Shown: in pieces, positions 14,301-25,229 of the stretch
How the letters are laid out: each line of letters starts with the position of its first letter
Numbering within the stretch: the first letter of the stretch is position 1
NCBI GenBank assembly: GCA_964016885.1
Contig: OZ024758.1
Span: forward strand, 26,226,001 to 26,290,000
DNA from: Eledone cirrhosa
Taxonomy: Eukaryota
DNA length: 64,000 nt
Reading direction: 5' to 3'
Position numbers and translations under genes: made by a program
Notes under the pieces: model-generated
Told to the model about the DNA's origin: nothing
The model's input: only the letters and a program-made list of their open reading frames with translations
Databases searched by the model: none

Positions 14301-14499
14301 ATTCATTCATTATATCTATATATATAAGCATGGTGTGTTTTGACACTTCCACTAACTGTTTTGTTAGACTTTGCTAGTGTGCACACACAAACAAGGCAGA
14401 AAGGCGAAAGGCACACAGAACTGGCTGGCAAAGGATTCTGTGTTTATAACATATTACTTTTCATTTTATCAGGTATCCCATCATTCAGATGAATTATAA
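2174..14499 (+). CDS. HSP90B1: Endoplasmin/GRP94 (HSP90B1) gene, 5'-partial, 13 coding exons in window: 2174-2303, 4084-4195, 4317-4498, 4586-4775, 5086-5163, 5304-5464, 7462-7633, 9815-10060, 10244-10380, 10953-11031, 11982-12137, 12550-12642, 14473-14499
   Basis: All exons are bounded by AG/GT with compatible phases. The spliced translation carries HSP90 hallmarks ([67 protein letters not shown]) and ends in SDEL instead of the cytosolic MEEVD, which identifies the ER paralog. Confidence 0.97.
2588..2795. mobile_element. piggyBac-like MITE (TIR ccctttagcattta)
   Basis: ttaa|ccctttagcatttaaa ... taaatgctaaaggg; same family at 6443-6633, 44232-44450, 62873-63080 and 63457-63857. Confidence 0.75.
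4084..4195 (+). CDS. HSP90B1: HSP90B1 exon ([37 protein letters not shown])
   Basis: tttttag acceptor, AAA|gtaaga donor; HSP90 motif [10 protein letters not shown]. Confidence 0.95.
4317..4498 (+). CDS. HSP90B1: HSP90B1 exon (charged linker TEKVEEP...[18 protein letters not shown])
   Basis: atttag acceptor, AA|gtaagg donor; acidic linker plus KPIWTR motif. Confidence 0.95.
4586..4775 (+). CDS. HSP90B1: HSP90B1 exon ([15 protein letters not shown]...[17 protein letters not shown]...RIK)
   Basis: tttcag acceptor, AAG|gtcagt donor; middle-domain motif [14 protein letters not shown]. Confidence 0.95.
4852..5095 (+). repeat. Tandem array of six ~44-bp copies of the exon-5086 splice acceptor region
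   Basis: Unit (t)n-ctttcaatag|atgtatgtgcatatttaaat; AG dinucleotides end at 4865, 4909, 4953, 4996, 5040 and 5085. Confidence 0.9.
5086..5163 (+). CDS. HSP90B1: HSP90B1 exon ([26 protein letters not shown])
   Basis: ttcaatag acceptor, GTG|gtaagt donor; HSP90 motif YVRRVFI. Confidence 0.95.
5304..5464 (+). CDS. HSP90B1: HSP90B1 exon ([39 protein letters not shown]...)
   Basis: ttacag acceptor, AA|gtaagc donor; catalytic-loop motif DLPLNVSRE. Confidence 0.96.
5678..5860 (+). mobile_element. tRNA-derived SINE (family A)
   Basis: A-box-like tggcagtatcgg, B-box gagttcaaatcc, body gcctttcatccttacggggtcgataaaataaagtaccag, tail tgtgccaaaagtagaaacaatt; more than 10 copies in the window. Confidence 0.85.
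5868..6055 (+). mobile_element. tRNA-derived SINE (family A), tandem second copy
   Basis: Same consensus, directly following the 5678 copy. Confidence 0.85.
6443..6633. mobile_element. piggyBac-like MITE, diverged
   Basis: ttaa|ccctttagtat...aatactaaagg|ttaa; internal sequence similar to 2588-2795. Confidence 0.65.
7462..7633 (+). CDS. HSP90B1: HSP90B1 exon ([21 protein letters not shown]...[14 protein letters not shown]...)
   Basis: tttttag acceptor, GAG|gttaga donor; conserved HSP90 middle domain. Confidence 0.95.
7664..8270 (-). mobile_element. RTE-tailed SINE with an internal 112-bp segment triplicated
   Basis: ggactgt unit starts at 7764, 7876, 7988 and 8101. Confidence 0.8.
9815..10060 (+). 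CDS. HSP90B1: HSP90B1 exon ([47 protein letters not shown]...)
   Basis: tttcag acceptor, CGG|gtaaat donor. Confidence 0.96.
10244..10380 (+). CDS. HSP90B1: HSP90B1 exon ([37 protein letters not shown]...)
   Basis: tttatcag acceptor, GA|gtaagt donor; [10 protein letters not shown] motif. Confidence 0.96.
10953..11031 (+). CDS. HSP90B1: HSP90B1 exon ([26 protein letters not shown])
   Basis: tattcag acceptor, GAG|gtaagt donor; LEINPRH motif. Confidence 0.95.
11982..12137 (+). CDS. HSP90B1: HSP90B1 exon ([25 protein letters not shown]...[17 protein letters not shown])
   Basis: tttttag acceptor, ATG|gtaagc donor; C-terminal dimerisation domain. Confidence 0.95.
12550..12642 (+). CDS. HSP90B1: HSP90B1 penultimate exon, acidic tail ([11 protein letters not shown]...EDEKEEK), phase-0 donor
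   Basis: ttctttaag acceptor, AAA|gtaagt donor; 31 whole codons. Confidence 0.93.
13426..14222. mobile_element. ~800-bp piggyBac-like non-autonomous element in the last HSP90B1 intron
   Basis: 12-bp TIR ccctttcgttac / gtaacgaaaggg, flanked by ataa and ttca (degenerate TTAA). Confidence 0.6.
14473..14499 (+). CDS. HSP90B1: HSP90B1 canonical terminal exon, coding part (VSHHSDEL*)
   Basis: ttttatcag acceptor, phase 0; GTA TCC CAT CAT TCA GAT GAA TTA TAA ends in a KDEL-like retention signal. Confidence 0.92.
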   Translation, partial: VSHHSDEL

Positions 14500-14753
14500 C
14501 CTCATTGAAGAGGAATTATTCAGTTCCCACTAACAAAGTTGGCAGCTGTTGTTCCTGACAAGTGTGAAATTTCCTATTACCACCAAGCACCACCTATCAA
14601 CTACTTTGGAGAATTCCACTAATACTTCATCAAATATTGCTGTCAAATATCATTTCATTTTTGAGAGGACTTTTCTCAGTTTGTTTCTGTATTTTTTTCA
14701 TGTGAAACTGTTATGCCTGAAGTGAATTGAAAGTGTACACATCATTCTTTGTG

Positions 14754-14759
14754 AATAAA
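14754..14759 (+). terminator. Candidate polyadenylation signal for the SDEL isoform
   Basis: AATAAA ~255 nt after the stop, followed by a pyrimidine-rich tract; a second AATAAA lies at ~14998-15003. Confidence 0.5.
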
Positions 14760-16212
14760 TCTTTCTAATTATTCTATCTCTTTTTCTGCCCTCCTCCCCT
14801 GGAGCTTAAAATAATCTGTTTCTTTTATAACAATGATAAAAAAAAAATAGTTTTGCATCTGTATCCATTTTCATTCAACCTTTGAGAACTATTTATAGAA
14901 GCCATTTACTGACAAGAAACCTTTTTTCTTCTATTGTCAAAGCCTTTTGGTTAATATTTTATGTATTTATAGTTTTTAAATATTTTATTTGAATACAAAT
15001 AAACTGGATAAAACTAATTATAATTTTAGTTCCTACTTAATATTTTCATTAAAATAACTGAAAAATGCTTAACTTGAATTTTCTTTTACTGCTCGAGGAA
15101 ATCTTTTCCTACTGAAAGTGTCGGGATCTATTTATAATCTGATTATAGCCAATTTTCAAAATGTACAATTGGGTTTTATGGTTCAGTTTTTTCCCGTCTT
15201 CATTAATGATGTGGATTATATTTAGTTTAAAGTAGGTAAAAGTCAAATTCACTCTTTCTTTTCTTCCTTCTGACCACAAAACATCCTCTTCCAGTAATTT
15301 CCTTGCTAAAAACATCCCAAATATTGTAACTTGATATAATTGCAGTGTTAAATATATTAATTTTAAACATTACTTTAATCCAATTTTGTTTGTGAAGATC
15401 ACTTATTAAAATCATAATCTAAACATGCCAATTAATGTATGCCCTGCAATGCATGCTTTCGCTTTTTTTTTTTTATATGAACAAAGCTTTTTAAAAAATA
15501 TTTGCAAATGGCATTCTGTGCTTAATAATGGTTGATAATGGTTGAATGCAAATACTTTACTTTTTTAAGATGATCAATTGAAAATATAATGACTGGTTTT
15601 ACTTTTCAAAAAACCATATAGAAAAATCAAAAGGCTTGTTTGTAGCTTTAAGAAAATTAAGATTTACTCTGATCTCCTTTTTTTTGTCTTTACTATGTTT
15701 TGGGGGGGGGTTTTTGTTTTGTTTTTTTTAGAACTTTAAGGTTGAGGGAAATAAATGTTTCCTTTAGCCAGCCATGTATATCAGTTTCATAAAGCTGCTT
15801 TTAGGACATATAATGTTTGGTGTGTGTAAACAACAAAGCACAGGAATCAAAAGAAACTGAATATGAGAGGAATCAAATGGAGTGTAAGAGATTGTACTGG
15901 TACAGATAGATGCTGATTGTTGAGTGGAAAGATGCCAGGAGTTCTGAATAAAAGGGAGATCTGGTATAGGAAGGGCAAGAAGACTGACAAAGATAGTGAA
16001 AACATATCTCAGGATGTTGGACCTTGGAGAGAACTCATTTAACCAAAGTGTGCATGGAAAAACTGTAGAAAAGGATGTAGATCAGTTTATTTTATGAGAA
16101 GAGATTAAGGACGGTACCAAGCACAGACTGTTCGGCAAGAAGATGCAATGAATTATAAAACCTTTATTGCAATGAATTATAAAACCTTTATTGTATTACA
16201 TGAATTATTACA

Positions 16213-16405
16213 TGTAGGCAACACGGTAAAAACCTCCCAGCCCCACACTGTAAATGTGGTTGGTGTTAGGAAGGGCATCCAACTGTAGAAAACCCGCCAG
16301 ACAGTCCTATGCGAGCAAGACAACCACTCTTGCCTCAAGTGGGAAAACCCCCGTCCAAACCCATGCAAGCGTGGAACACGGACGCTAAACCTGATGATGA
16401 TGATG
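16213..16405 (+). mobile_element. RTE-tailed SINE fragment, inverted twin of 7667-7858
   Basis: Apparently exact reverse complement of the 7.7-kb copy; the two shadow ORF translations are identical. Confidence 0.85.
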
Positions 16406-17601
16406 AATACAGAAGCCACATAGTACTATGGAGATAGATTAGTGGTGTAACTTGAATGCTCTTATTTCTTTGGTTTTAACCATGTAGAATATATGTAAAC
16501 AGTTGAATGTTATATTCTTTGTACTACGGTGTACATGATACATTTTACTAAGTTGTATTTTTAGATTATTTATGACTAAATGTCTTATATACAAGTGTTC
16601 ATCTTAGAGATTATAAAACACTCTTCTGGACACTTACACTGAAATATGAAGTTAATATTGTATTATTAGTTGAAGTGAAGAAACCAAGTTAAACTACTTA
16701 GCATTTATTTATATTAATATCATTAAAATATCTGCAATAATAAATTGGAATATCTGTGCATGTGTCCAAATGGTTTTCTCGCTTCAGCAGAAATGAGTTT
16801 TGTACTTAAGTATTAATGTAAGTAAATCACAAAATCAAATGTCGTTGCAAATTCATAACATACTCTCATGAAAGAGATTTTTGCCTTTTAATTGTGAGGT
16901 TCACTAAATTGTGCTCACTTTAAATAGAGACTGTAGAATATCTGATAGTAAGAAAACTTTTATTAAAGTGGTACAGGTTTGAATCTTGTTAAAGGTGCTA
17001 TGCTGGGCTGTTTCAATCATTCCTAGCTTATTACTGGTTCATATACCATCTATGCTTAATCCTGGAGTTGGGTGTGTCCATCATTTTGTAGACAAAATGG
17101 CTGTGCAAGTTTGTATCATTTGCATGTCAAAATTGATAGATACCTTACAAAACAGGCATGTAGTATTTTTGCCAGTGTATGATGAAACTAAAAAATATAT
17201 AACTTGTGTAATATATGCTATGGAAAGTTTCTGCTACTAAAGTTAATATCAAGGCAATATCAACTGTAAATAGTTACTGTAATATTTCAAATCACTATGG
17301 TCTATGAATTCAGCATTTTAATTCCTCAACACTAAAAATGATTTAATATTCTTTCTTTAACTTAAAAAAAAATCTCATTCTTTCCAATTTTCTCTGACTG
17401 CATCAAGAATAAACTAAAGGTTTTTTTGCAATAGATTTAATACAAAACGATTATGATAATGTAATTTTTTTTTCTTGGAGTTCAGTTGGTCTGTTGCCAA
17501 GGGGATCTTTACCAATTTTGTAGAATCTTCCTACCCATTGGGCTTGACCAAGATGGCTACATATATACTCAAAGCTTTTCTTCATTCAACTAGTTTCGCT
17601 A

Positions 17602-17636
<35 letters not shown>

Positions 17637-17965
17637 CGAGACACGGTCACACGACCAACCTTGCCTCAAGTGGGACAACTCCCGTCTAACCCATGCTAGC
17701 GTGAAAGATGGACGTTAAACGAAGATGATTATATATATACGTGGAAGATAAAAGTTAAATGATGATGATACATGACAAGTGAAAATGTCTCTTACTTAAA
17801 ACCAACAATGCCACAAGCTATGACTATTTCAGTTATCTCCGATCTTTACCTTCTCTAAAGGAATATATCTCAATCTTGAGAAACCTGCTACAGTATCCCA
17901 TTCCCAAGGACAACCTTAATCCTGCTAACTACTCAACTTTTGCTGGTTCCACCACTGTTTAGAAG

Positions 17966-18293
17966 TCATCATCATCACCATTTTACGTCCGTTCTGCCAT
18001 GCTAGCATGGGTTGTCCTGTTGTGGGCAGTGTCCGGTCAGCTGACCTTTGTCTTGCTCATATGGAAACTGATTCTGGCTTGATTTCTACAGCTGGATGCC
18101 CTTCATAACACCCTCATTTACAGTGGAATGATAGGGACCCCAGTCCTATCATCTCATTTCTACAGCTGAGTAAACTGGAGCAATGTGAAATAAAGTGTCT
18201 TGCTCAAGGAAACAACACATCACCTGGTCCAAGAATTGAACTCACAACCTTTTGATTGCAAGCCAAATGCTCTAACCACTAAGCCATGTGCCT
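17966..18293 (-). mobile_element. tRNA-headed SINE (family B) with RTE-type tail
   Basis: Minus strand starts gcacatggcttagtggttagagc...gtgagttcaattc, then ccttgagcaagacactttatttcac; homologous to 45238-45631 and 52948-53250. Confidence 0.75.
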
Positions 18294-19479
18294 TTATCAA
18301 TAGCTTTCCCTTAGACAGTATCCCTTTTCAATATGGCTTCCAATAACCTGGAACCTACTCTCCTCCATAACTCATTGGGGGTCCCATATCTTTGATATTT
18401 GGCAATACCAATGAACAAAGTTTTTGATTGATACAAAAGTTTAAGATACTTATTTAAGTGCTTCATTGGTACCTCCTCTTTGATTTTGAGGTTTTCTGAC
18501 GCAGTCTACCAACTTTGCTATGCCTGTAGATTGTCATCTTACACATACTATTACTCTTCAATCACTGCTCAAGTCTTTGACAAAATACAATTAAAACCTT
18601 CAAATAAGTGCTAGACCTTATAATCTGTGATTCTTTCTGGGTGAAGCAATATAGTCAAACCAGTGAATATTAACCATGCTGTATGTAACTTGAACTTGAA
18701 AATAATACTGGTGCAACCATTTTGTTTACATAACTGTAGATGTGAAAACATATCAAAAGTGATAATTATAACTTTTGTTTGGTTAGCAAAAGTATCGTGT
18801 TGAACAGTTAGCTAGTCAAATAATTTAAACACAACATACCGGAGGATTAAAAAAGCATGGCAAAATCAGTATCTTCATGCACTCTACAGCTTTAATCCAA
18901 TTATGTATGTTACAAAAAATGTTGTTACTATGCCAGAAAAAGTAACGAACAGTACGATTGCTTTTGGTTATAAGCTCAGATAAATTACCCAAACATGATA
19001 CTCTTTGCCCTTCTTGTTTGAATAATCGTGGTTTAACTACATAACACAGCTAAAATAACATCCTAATCTTCTTTAGGGCTAGAAAATACTTCACCTTTGA
19101 CCTCCATTGCTGACCCACAAAGCTCTGGTGTTACTCTTCGCTCTCTCTCAAGCTCACACATGCGCACACTATCCACAAGGAACCTAGACAAATATTGCCA
19201 GACTTGTACTGGCTCAATGAAAAGGCTCCTTACAAAATTATTTCAATGAACACATGACATGTTAGCCCTAAGCCTATTTTACAATGGGAAGAAGCTATCA
19301 AAACAAGTTCTTAAGACTCAAGTTTCCTTTCTGAGGTTACCTCAAATGATGAGAAATTATCTTAGAATAGAATCCTTTTACTCTTAATACTCTACATTCT
19401 TCATTGTATGCTACCAAACTTGACTTTGATTTTTATTACTCTTAGACATAGCTTGAAATTCTCATGACTCATTTATACA

Positions 19480-21600
19480 GACCTATGAGGATGAGAGGAG
19501 GTTAAGAGACAGGTTTCGAAAGACTTGAAGAAAGGAGTAGTAAAGTAAAATATCAAATAACTAGATGTTAGCTGTACGCAGTATGCAGAGAAGCTGAAAG
19601 CAAGAGGTATGCCAAGTTTTTGTGTCAAGAGAATTGGGTGTGAGATGTTCCAGATTGCACAGAAGTGTGACAGGTAATCAAGATGTTGAGGAAATGAGCT
19701 GTTCAGAATGACAGTGATACACTTACCCTCACAAATGTGAAGAAGAATCTTGGAAAAGTTGCTAAATGCATTAGAGGAAAGGGCAGTTCCCCAAGTTGAC
19801 CCAGCTACTGAAGTTGAAATGACCATTAATGAAAGCAGTTGTCCTGTTATGGATAGTCACTGAAATGCTGAAAATATCTGGCAAAGTAGGGCTCACTTGT
19901 ATTGTCAACTAGGTAGTTCATGAGGGTGTCATACCCAATGACTAGTGGTGCAGTACTATTTCCAATTGCTACAAGGGAAAGAGATGCTTTAGAAAGAAGC
20001 AAATAGAGAGGAATCAGACTAGTGGATTAAGTTATGAAAGTCTGATTAGGATGAGATACAGGTTGGGCTACTACTGATACTTTGTTCAGGGTGAGACAAC
20101 TATTAGAGAAAGTCTTAACTAAGAATAAGCCACTACCTAGCATTCATTGTTTAGAAGAACTTTAACAAAATATCAAACTCTTTCGCCTTTTGTGGTTTTT
20201 AAGAAAATGATGTAGATGAAGGGCTTCAAAGAGCCGTACAAAGATGTCATGTATGAAGCGTTCAAGGATTGGTTCTCTGACCCGCTACTGTTTTTTATAC
20301 CATGGTCCAGCTTCATATTGGACAATCTTTCCATGGACTGGTAGTTACACATGTGTTATTTAAGTGCATTTCAATAAAGAGCAATTTATTATAGATGAAT
20401 ATTGAATATTTAAACAAATTGTTTTTAAATTGAAGTCCAATATTCAATTTATCTATCATATAATTTTAAACATGTTTATTATTTCTTTGCGACCCGGTAG
20501 CAAATGATCCGCGTCCTGGCAGTTGGGGACCTCTGCTTTAGGCCATTACTGAAGAGTTTAAGACTGATTGTCAATAGAAACTCTTGTGTGTTGATCCCTT
20601 TTTATAGCTAAATCTAAAGTTCTAAAGAAGAAAATTCCAGGCATGGAAACAAAATCTAGTATGAAAAGGATTGACTAAAGTTTTACTAAGTTGGGAAAAA
20701 GACGAAATCCCTTTTGCCATCAGGGAAAAGGCCATGCTTGATAGGCAGAAAAAGAGTTAGTAGTACAGTGTATAATATACAATGTAAAATATAGGTACAC
20801 AAGAGGATTGCAGGCAGGCTAACAGAAGATACATTTTGTATGTGGCAGATGCATAGGATAGTTAGAAATCAGAGCACCTGTAAAATAAAACATTCCAATA
20901 CTTAGAAGACTCCGTAGAAATAGTAAATAGCTTCTGTGACCTAGTCAGTATGATGAACTGGATGGAAAATTTAGAATTTTAGAACTTTATTACCTTTGAT
21001 GACAACAAATGGATTCTCTCTCCAAACAAAAAAAGATTGTATGATTCTTGTTTATATAATAGTTTCTTATTTAGGCACAAGGCCAACAATTTGGAGAAAG
21101 AGGAAAGTTGATTAGATCAACCCCAATACATTACTTGGGGCTATATTTTATGAATCCTGGAAAGCTAACCTCAACGAGATTTGAACTCAGAACATAAAGT
21201 GCCGTGACTATATGCTACAAAGCATGTTATCTGATTCTCTAATGATACTGCCAATCCACCACCCTATTCTTGTTTATATAATGCAATGCTGCCTGGTATT
21301 GAATGCAGGGGATGAGAAAAGGCGAGCAAAAAAAAAATCAATGTGAACATGCAACACAGGATGTGTAATGTTAGTGTGCATGAATGATGAAACACTAATG
21401 ATTTGAGAGAAAAACTAGATATTGCATGCAAGATGGTTAAATAAAGACAAGTTGGGTGTTCCATGTTGAAGTAAACCAAGGAAAAGGTAGGCTTGAGAAG
21501 AAGTGGTAAAAGCTGAGCCACACAAAAGAACAAGTGGTGAGACACTGTTTTGGAGAAAACCCATCTGACCCAACATAAAAATGATGATGATATGATAATT
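19480..21600 (+). mobile_element. Heavily degenerate RTE-clade LINE remnant with nested insertions
   Basis: Decayed RTE RT motifs (IPND.W..STI.NCYKG.DALE..YRGI.L) at ~19930-20020; RTE-like 3' tail gatgatgat at ~21580; many stops and frameshifts. Confidence 0.6.
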
Positions 21601-22594
21601 ATATACATATAGTAATACAGAAGACCCGCCTTCCCTTACTCTGTAAAGTTATGTTGGTATCACAAAAACATCCAGCCCAGACTGTAAAGTGGTCATGTAG
21701 GTGTCAACAAAAAGCACCCAGCACACACTGTAAATGTGATTGGCATTAGGAAGGACATCCAGCTAGAAACAGTCCTATATGAGTGAGACACGATCACCCG
21801 ACCCAACTTGCCTCAAATGGGACACACCCATCTAACTCATGCTAGCATGGAAGATAGAGATTAAACGATGATGATGATGATATATATGCTGTAAAGTAGT
21901 TGGTATTAGGAAGGGCATCTAACCATAGAAAGCTTGCCAAACAAAGGGTTGGAGGACCCTTCAGTTTGTGTCAAAAGACACAACTTCTCTGCACTCGATA
22001 GAATGTATGACCATACATAAAAGAGATGCAGACCTCCTCAGCCTGTCTGGGAGGTCAGTAGCGCCACTTCAGTACTGACTTGGTCTATGTTGACTCGTCT
22101 AACACTTGCTAGTAGTGAAAGCAGAGTTTAGATGATGATGATGATGATGAATCAATACTACTAATAATAACCACCTTTATAAGAAAGAGAACTCAATACA
22201 TAAGTAAAGTGTGCATCACTGTAGATAAAATGTTTGTTTTTCAACCACATGGTTTTTTTTTTAATTCTATCCTGCTGACTAATACTTTGTGAGGGAATTT
22301 CATAGATGGAAGCTGTAAAGAAACTTGTAATGTGTGTGTATGTGTGTATGTGTTTGCCTCCCTGTGTAGTTTCACTTTACATTTCACACTGCTTACACAG
22401 GCAGTGACATTTGTTTATGTCCCACATAAACAATGTCCTTCAGTTCAGCACTTCAACGTGTGAGGATCAGTACCTTAATTAAAAAATGAGGGTTGGTATT
22501 AGGTTGGACATCCAACCATAGAATACTGCTTTAAAAGATTCTTATCCAACTCATGCCAACTTGAAAAGGGAGACAAAATATAATTATTATTATT

Positions 22595-22781
22595 TGGATT
22601 GGCAATATCGGTAGAGGGTTAGACGCCATGCTTTGCAGCATAGAGTTACAGCCCTCTACGGTTTGAGTTCAAATCCCGCTGAGGTTAACTTTGCCTTTCA
22701 TCCTTACGGGGTCAATAAAATAAAGCACCAGTAATGCACTGAGATAATTGCTGGCCTTGTGCCAAAAGTAGAAACAATTAT
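22595..22781 (+). mobile_element. tRNA-derived SINE (family A)
   Basis: Matches the family A consensus. Confidence 0.85.
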
Positions 22782-23704
22782 CATTATTATTTATTTTCAA
22801 AATTAATTGAAACATTGGCAGTGCTTTTCATTAGAAATATAGTCACCAGAGGTTTAAGCTGAACAAAATACAAACCATACCTGCATCTTTCTTGGAGCAT
22901 TAACCATATGATAAGGTAATCCAAAGGATTTGTATATTTTTGTTTTTGCCAATATTGTTTTATTTATTGTTGATATACCCCAATATGTTTACATTTGTTT
23001 ATTTATTTGCATAATGTGTATGTATTTTAAAACATAATTTCTCTCCCCTGTTTTTGTAGTTATTTATAAATTTTGACTAGAAACAAGAGTTTAAAATAAG
23101 TAATTGTTTTAAGGGCTCCCCCCCCCCCCCCCCCTAGAATGGAATAAATATCTGAATGCCTTACATTGCACTAAAAATAAGTGCTTTGGATTTACTTGTG
23201 CTATATTTCATGACAATATCCTTCATCAAGCACTCCTTAACTATAGTTAGGCTTTGTAGGGGTAAAAACAAAGTTTTACTTTTGATGCCTAAATCTGAAA
23301 AAGACTTTGCAAATGAGAAACATAAATCTTCTCAATCAAATAACTTCGGTATGAGCTAATGAGAAGGAGTCAATATGATTCCTTATCTTGTTAGAAATTT
23401 CAGCCAAAACTTCTTTAAATTACATGCAACCTTCTCATAAAATGAAGGATATATTGACAAGTTAAATACATTCCAATAGTTAGCCTTGAACATTTAAAAA
23501 TACAAACAAAGATCAGATTTTCTCCTAAACAGGTAACTTAACTTTGATATTAATTCCCAATCTTTAAATTATCTCCCTTTTCTTTGAGAGTTACGAATAA
23601 TTACTGCTAGGTTTACATGCAGTATTCTGTACATCATACCATATTTGAACATTATCATTATCAGCTGAATTTGACATTGGTCATTTCTAGACCAATAAAA
23701 ACGA

Positions 23705-24235
23705 ATCATCATCGCCATCATCCTTTTACATCTGCTTTTCCATGTTAGCTTGAGTTGGACAGGTCTTTTCCAACACAGCTTCCACCCACCTTCTGCATTC
23801 CTTCATCATCTTCTCAGTGAGGTTTAGCATTTTAAGATCCATAATCACCATTTCTACCCAGGTCTCCTTTGATCTTCTACTGCAGCTTCCTTCCACTGAG
23901 AACTCTTTCCTCTTTTCACCCTGCAATCATCATCCATTATGTATCATGTCCATACCAGAGCAGTCTTCTCTTTTGCTCACTGCATTTTATTCTTCTTACA
24001 CTCAGTTTCTCTTTCAGTCCATCCATGCTTTTCCATTCATCAGCACATGTTCACTTCACTTCTCTCCAGCCTTCAAATATACTCTGCATTTACTGCAATT
24101 CCATACAACATCGCACTTCATATGCAGGCGTCATGCAAGTGGTCTTTTGTTTGTAGAGTAAAATCTTTTATTGTCAACAGATGCAAGAGCTCTCTGAACT
24201 TTTACCATCCTGTTCTTATTCTAGCTACTATACTA
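23705..24235 (-). mobile_element. Degenerate RTE LINE 3' end
   Basis: Minus strand encodes a decayed VEG.C.R.RSK.TW motif and ends in the family tail (catcat on +); homologous to 26760-27290. Confidence 0.6.
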
Positions 24236-24343
24236 CGTAACAAAAGCTATCAACTATGTTATGGAGCTTTCTCAGAGTAAAAATATTTATGACACTGGGG
24301 CTCTACCAGTAATATTTGTCACAAGCATAAAAACGGCAACAAT

Positions 24344-24529
24344 AGTTGTTTCTACTTTTGGCACAAGGCCAGCAATTACTCAGTGCATTACTGGTACTTT
24401 ATTTTATCGACCCCCGTAAGGATCAAAAGCAAAGTTGACCTCGGTGGGATTTGAACTCTGAATGGCAAGGGCCGTAACTCTATGCTGGAAAGCATGGTGT
24501 CCGACCCTCTACCGATACTGCCAATCCAC
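24344..24529 (-). mobile_element. tRNA-derived SINE (family A)
   Basis: Reverse complement of the family A consensus. Confidence 0.85.
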
Positions 24530-25229
24530 CAATAATAACATTAATTTCTAACTTTGAAACAAAGTTACAAATATAAGAAGAGTAGTCAATGAAATTGTAA
24601 TCAATACTTTATCAGAAGTGATTTTATCAAACCTAAAGAGGATGAATGACAAGTGTAAAGCAACATAACTAAATATGATGGGAAGCTGTTTAGTTTGAAT
24701 ATTTACAATTCTGGCACTACACTACTACCAAAACAAACAACAATGACAATAAGGGTTTCTAACATTGCCGCAGGGCCCCACATCAAGACTGGAGTGAAGA
24801 GTCTAGCCAATTATGATTGGCAATTTTATCAGCCAGCCTGATGGATAAAAGCAAAGTTGATCACAAAAGGATTGAAACTCACAATGTAAAGGAAATTTAA
24901 CAACATACTCTAGCAAAAGGCATTTAGTCCAGCACTTTTCAGTTTCTGTCACTCCGTTTCCCAAACCACAACAGTGACTACAGTAATAAAAGTTATTTCT
25001 AATATAATAATAATGATATTGATGATGATGATAGAAATCGCATGAGAAATTAAAATGTAAGTATACACAGTATACAATTTTTTAAGAAATGTCTTTTGGA
25101 CCATAATCTAAGAATAATAAAAGGCTCTCACAGATCCTGGATTACCCTAAACATCAAAAGTAAGTGTATTCCCCAAGCTATCATTCTATAAGTAGGTCCA
25201 TTCACTCATGTCATATTCACAATTCCCAC

